Source: Haliotis rubra
Taxonomy: Eukaryota
DNA: 64,000 bases
Direction of reading: 5' to 3'
NCBI RefSeq assembly: GCF_003918875.1
Contig: NW_025765669.1
Coordinates: 3,410,001 to 3,474,000 of the forward strand
Part shown: piece by piece, positions 61,008-64,000 of the stretch
Layout of the letters: every line of letters begins with the position of its first letter
Position numbering within the stretch: position 1 is the first letter of the stretch
Translations under genes and position numbers: made by a program
Notes under the pieces: generated by a model
The model's input: only the letters and a program-made list of their open reading frames with translations
Told to the model about the DNA's origin: nothing
Databases searched by the model: none

Positions 61008-62169
61008 TTTATCATCACAAATATGATTTACATTGCTCTCAAATACTATCCTATCATTAAGTATATTCGATATATCAGATATACAATAACACTAAAATAC
61101 ACCACTCTGACGTCATCCAATTGTCAGTCGATACTCGCCATGTAATGCAAATTGTCTTTAAATGACCTCGACGGTGTCTGTTCCACGTAGAGATTAACTT
61201 TTACAATTACAATCACTGCAATCATTATGTAGAACATGACCAAAGTCTAAGGCCACTGAGCGTAATATCACCGTCATACAGTCACCAACGACACAACACA
61301 CTTTACCCGCATGTTGTATAATCTTCACATTTAGAGGTCAATTTCTGGGACAGGACCGGGTAAACCCTGCTCTATTCTAGGACGTAGTATGGAAAACGAA
61401 TGATCTATTCTGGGACGAGGCCCTACTAAAACCTCGAATTCTCTCCTGTAATTAAAATGTGAAATAAAATGACCTTTCCGTCTGCTCTATGAAAGGCTTC
61501 TTGTGACACGCTTTATGAAGATATGTTTAAGCTTGTGATGTTAAGCTTTGACAACGCGTGTTTAGAAACCTGACAAAATAGGTCACTGGATACCGTCCTT
61601 CATACGGTGACGATGTCGGACGCGGCGACTCCAGGCCGGTTTGTAGGCCGAGGCAATACTTTTCTAGGACGGAGCAGGACACTACCCTGTTCCGGAAAGG
61701 AGACAGGCCTATATATATGTTTCAATATTTGTCCAGGAAGATATGAGCGTCTGTTACGAGGAGTTGTGACACTAAGGTAAATGTAAGTACATATTTTAAT
61801 ATATTGAATAATATAATACTTTGATTAATAGATTATCAATTCAGCTAGAACTAAGCATAGTAATAATGACTTCCATATAAGGAAGTGTTACTACGTCTAC
61901 TCGCGGGGAATGTTATTGAAGCCAGGCCTACTGGCCCACATATGACATATGAATGGATGGCGGGACTCAAAAGGGCAACTCTGTTGTTGTTTGTGTCATG
62001 TTCAAATCTGTATTGTTTTTTAGTTCGTTGTTTACTCAGAAATATCACCAGAACAAGCTGGAGTCAGCTTGGACTTTATAACCCGGCCCTGTCGAAGCTG
62101 AATGGCGACCACGTGATAGACAAATTGATTCAACTTATTTGTGATGATCTTACTGTCTATCTCTTCGTT

Positions 62170-62295
62170 CACCGCGCTAAAAGACCCAGGTTCGATTCCC
62201 CACATGGGTACAATGTGTGAATCCCATTTCTGGTGTCCCCCGACGCGATATTGCTGGAATATTGCTAAAAGCGGCGTAAAACTAAACTCAGTCAG
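62170..62295 (+). mobile_element. SINE family A, 5'-truncated
   Basis: B box, body and tail match. Confidence 0.8.
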
Positions 62296-62304
62296 TTCAA
62301 GCTA

Positions 62305-62850
62305 CTGATTAGTACCTCTAGCCCCTCGCCTGGCTGTTCTGTTGGCTGTACTCACTCCCCTGTAACTGGCTTAACTGCTACTATTAATTAACTCGTAAGG
62401 TCAGGTGTTGGTTGTGAGTAGGTGACTACCGGTACTTGCTATAGATAATAGAGAATCACGGCTCAGTGATTATTATTGATTAGTAGATGATCACTGTTGC
62501 TAATAATTGACAAAACAAATATGAAGATTCTTTATTTATTACATTCACAAATATATTAATTCAGATCCTGACACATTCTCTGAATGCTGAGGCAGGTACT
62601 CTAGTCCAAGGCGTTTAATCTTGTCATTTCTATCTACATATTGCTTCCTTCGTTTGGGAGCAGACTGTCCACACTTAAGTTGCAAAAGCTGTACTTGGCT
62701 AGATGCTTCCTCGTGGATAAATAAGTACCGGTAGTCATCTATTCACAAACAAAACCTAACCTAACGAGCTTAGTAGCAGTTAATCCAGTTACAGGGGAGT
62801 GAGTACAGCTAACAGAACAGCCAGGCGAGGGGCTAGAGGTACTAATTAGT
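62305..62850. mobile_element. Foldback/MITE element with ~70-95-bp inverted arms
   Basis: TTAGTACCTCTAGCCCCTCGCCTGGCTGTTCTGTT..AACTGCTACT is mirrored by AGTAGCAGTT..AACAGAACAGCCAGGCGAGGGGCTAGAGGTACTAA. Confidence 0.85.
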
Positions 62851-63435
62851 GCCTTGTAACAACAGGGGTCTAGAGGAATAATGTCACCTGCATTTGTCAT
62901 TTCAGCAGGTTCCCTAGAGTAGTTTAACTTTGTGATTAATAGCATATAAAATACGTCATTATCAGTTTTCATTTGAGAAATATAAAATGTTAGAGATAAT
63001 AAACAGGGTAAAATACCCACCAAGGATGAAATTCCTCTGTAACCTGGACGAGATACAACAGCACTTCTCTAACAAGAAAAGAAACTGTGATGCAAGAATA
63101 TCGTTTAGATGAAGGAGTTAATGATTCTCCGCGTATCAACGTGATACAACGACGTAATAAAAGCAGGTATTAAATGCGAACAATTGCATCGAACCTGGCT
63201 TCACAGTGTCAGGTGTCATAAATGATCGAGAAATTCCTCTCGATGATTCCTAAAAATTGTATCGCGAGGGATAAAGTAAACAAACAAGAATTACCTCCCT
63301 TACATCTACTAACCGTGTCTCGTTGGACTAATAGCTTTGTTATCAGCGAATGGTTGTCATTATCCGGACATGTGTTTATCTGAATGTGTAGGAAAAGCAG
63401 GATTTTATGGATGTCAACTTCTTTATTGTGAATAA

Positions 63436-63545
63436 CACGACGTTTCGGAGTGTATGCTTGCTCCTTCATCAGGTGACGTTTCGGAGTGTATGCTTGTTCC
63501 TTCATCAGGTGACGTTTCGGAGTGTATGCTTGCTCCTTCATGTGA
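63436..63545 (-). ncRNA. Tandem minimal type-I hammerhead ribozyme motifs (Penelope-like element terminus), 36-bp repeat x ~3
   Basis: The minus-strand unit is CAC-CTGATGA-A-GGAG(caagcataca)CTCC-GAAA-CGTC. Two complete cores and one lacking CTG, followed by AATAAA. Confidence 0.7.
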
Positions 63546-64000
63546 ATGTGTAGACCCTTTAAAGGGAAACTGAGACAAAGTTTTGTATTTTTTCAAATGG
63601 ACTGTGTAAGATCTGACCAATGGTGACACCAGAGGCCTGTAACAGATCTATTATATGGTAGCTGTGTCAGTGGTCCAATGTTGACTGCATGGAACTCTGA
63701 GTAGAAGAAAGGTCGGGGCACGTTGTGCTGAGTCACCTCTCAGAGTAACAGTATTTATGCACCGACCGTTCAGCCTTCCTTTCAGTACGAAGGAGGCTAT
63801 GACTTCGTGCTATTATACTCCTAGGCCAAATGTAGAGATAACATCATTATCAGGTAATATGATACACCAGGCCTTATCACCCACACTGCATATCCTGATC
63901 ATGTTGAACACCAGTGCTTGTCACCGTCCATTAAACCATGTGGTTAATACTCATGCAGTTGGTCTATGAACATGTGGACACTGTTTCAACAGCAGGGTAA

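Noticed and set aside
4546-62295. tRNA genes (tRNA-Asp-like)
   Set aside because: These are SINE heads: no proper acceptor stem, followed by a constant body and tail, often with TSDs.
63209-63629. (MKEQAYTPKRHL)n ORF
   Set aside because: A translation of the 36-bp repeat, which is better explained as hammerhead RNA motifs.

Overview
Eukaryotic, AT-rich, repeat-dense genomic DNA. The repeat content looks molluscan, probably a gastropod such as abalone (inference). There is one assembly gap at 21496-21688. Seven spliced genes can be built by hand from GT-AG junctions and intron phases. (1) A METTL24/Methyltransf_22-like SAM methyltransferase with an N-terminal signal anchor (- strand, 4057-7402; one junction has an unresolved phase). 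(2,3) A tandem pair of secreted proteins, each with two thyroglobulin type-1 (Tg1) domains; the second also has a 12-Cys IGFBP-N/FPI-1-like domain (19158-22488, 24294-29305). (4-7) Four double-hotdog, acyl-ACP-thioesterase-like paralogs (TE-1 to TE-3 on +, TE-4 on -), all with the same intron phases and a last coding exon of exactly 743 nt. The thioesterase cluster is the most unusual part. Each copy attaches a different N-terminus through a phase-2 junction: a short neutral peptide, repeated 90-nt cassette exons encoding an NLS-like KRIRKRK plus acidic module, or a mitochondrial-presequence-like peptide. TE-2 looks like an unequal-crossover hybrid of TE-3 (5') and TE-1 (3'). TE-2 also carries a 23-unit, 78-bp array that repeats its own intron/exon junction, giving an array of in-register splice acceptors of which only the last four give an open frame. 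Also present: three SINE-like families (one with a head that folds into a predicted pseudoknot), LINE fragments, a decayed Tc1 element, several MITEs, and a tandem of minimal hammerhead-ribozyme motifs near the window end. Repeat boundaries are approximate unless a target-site duplication (TSD) is quoted.
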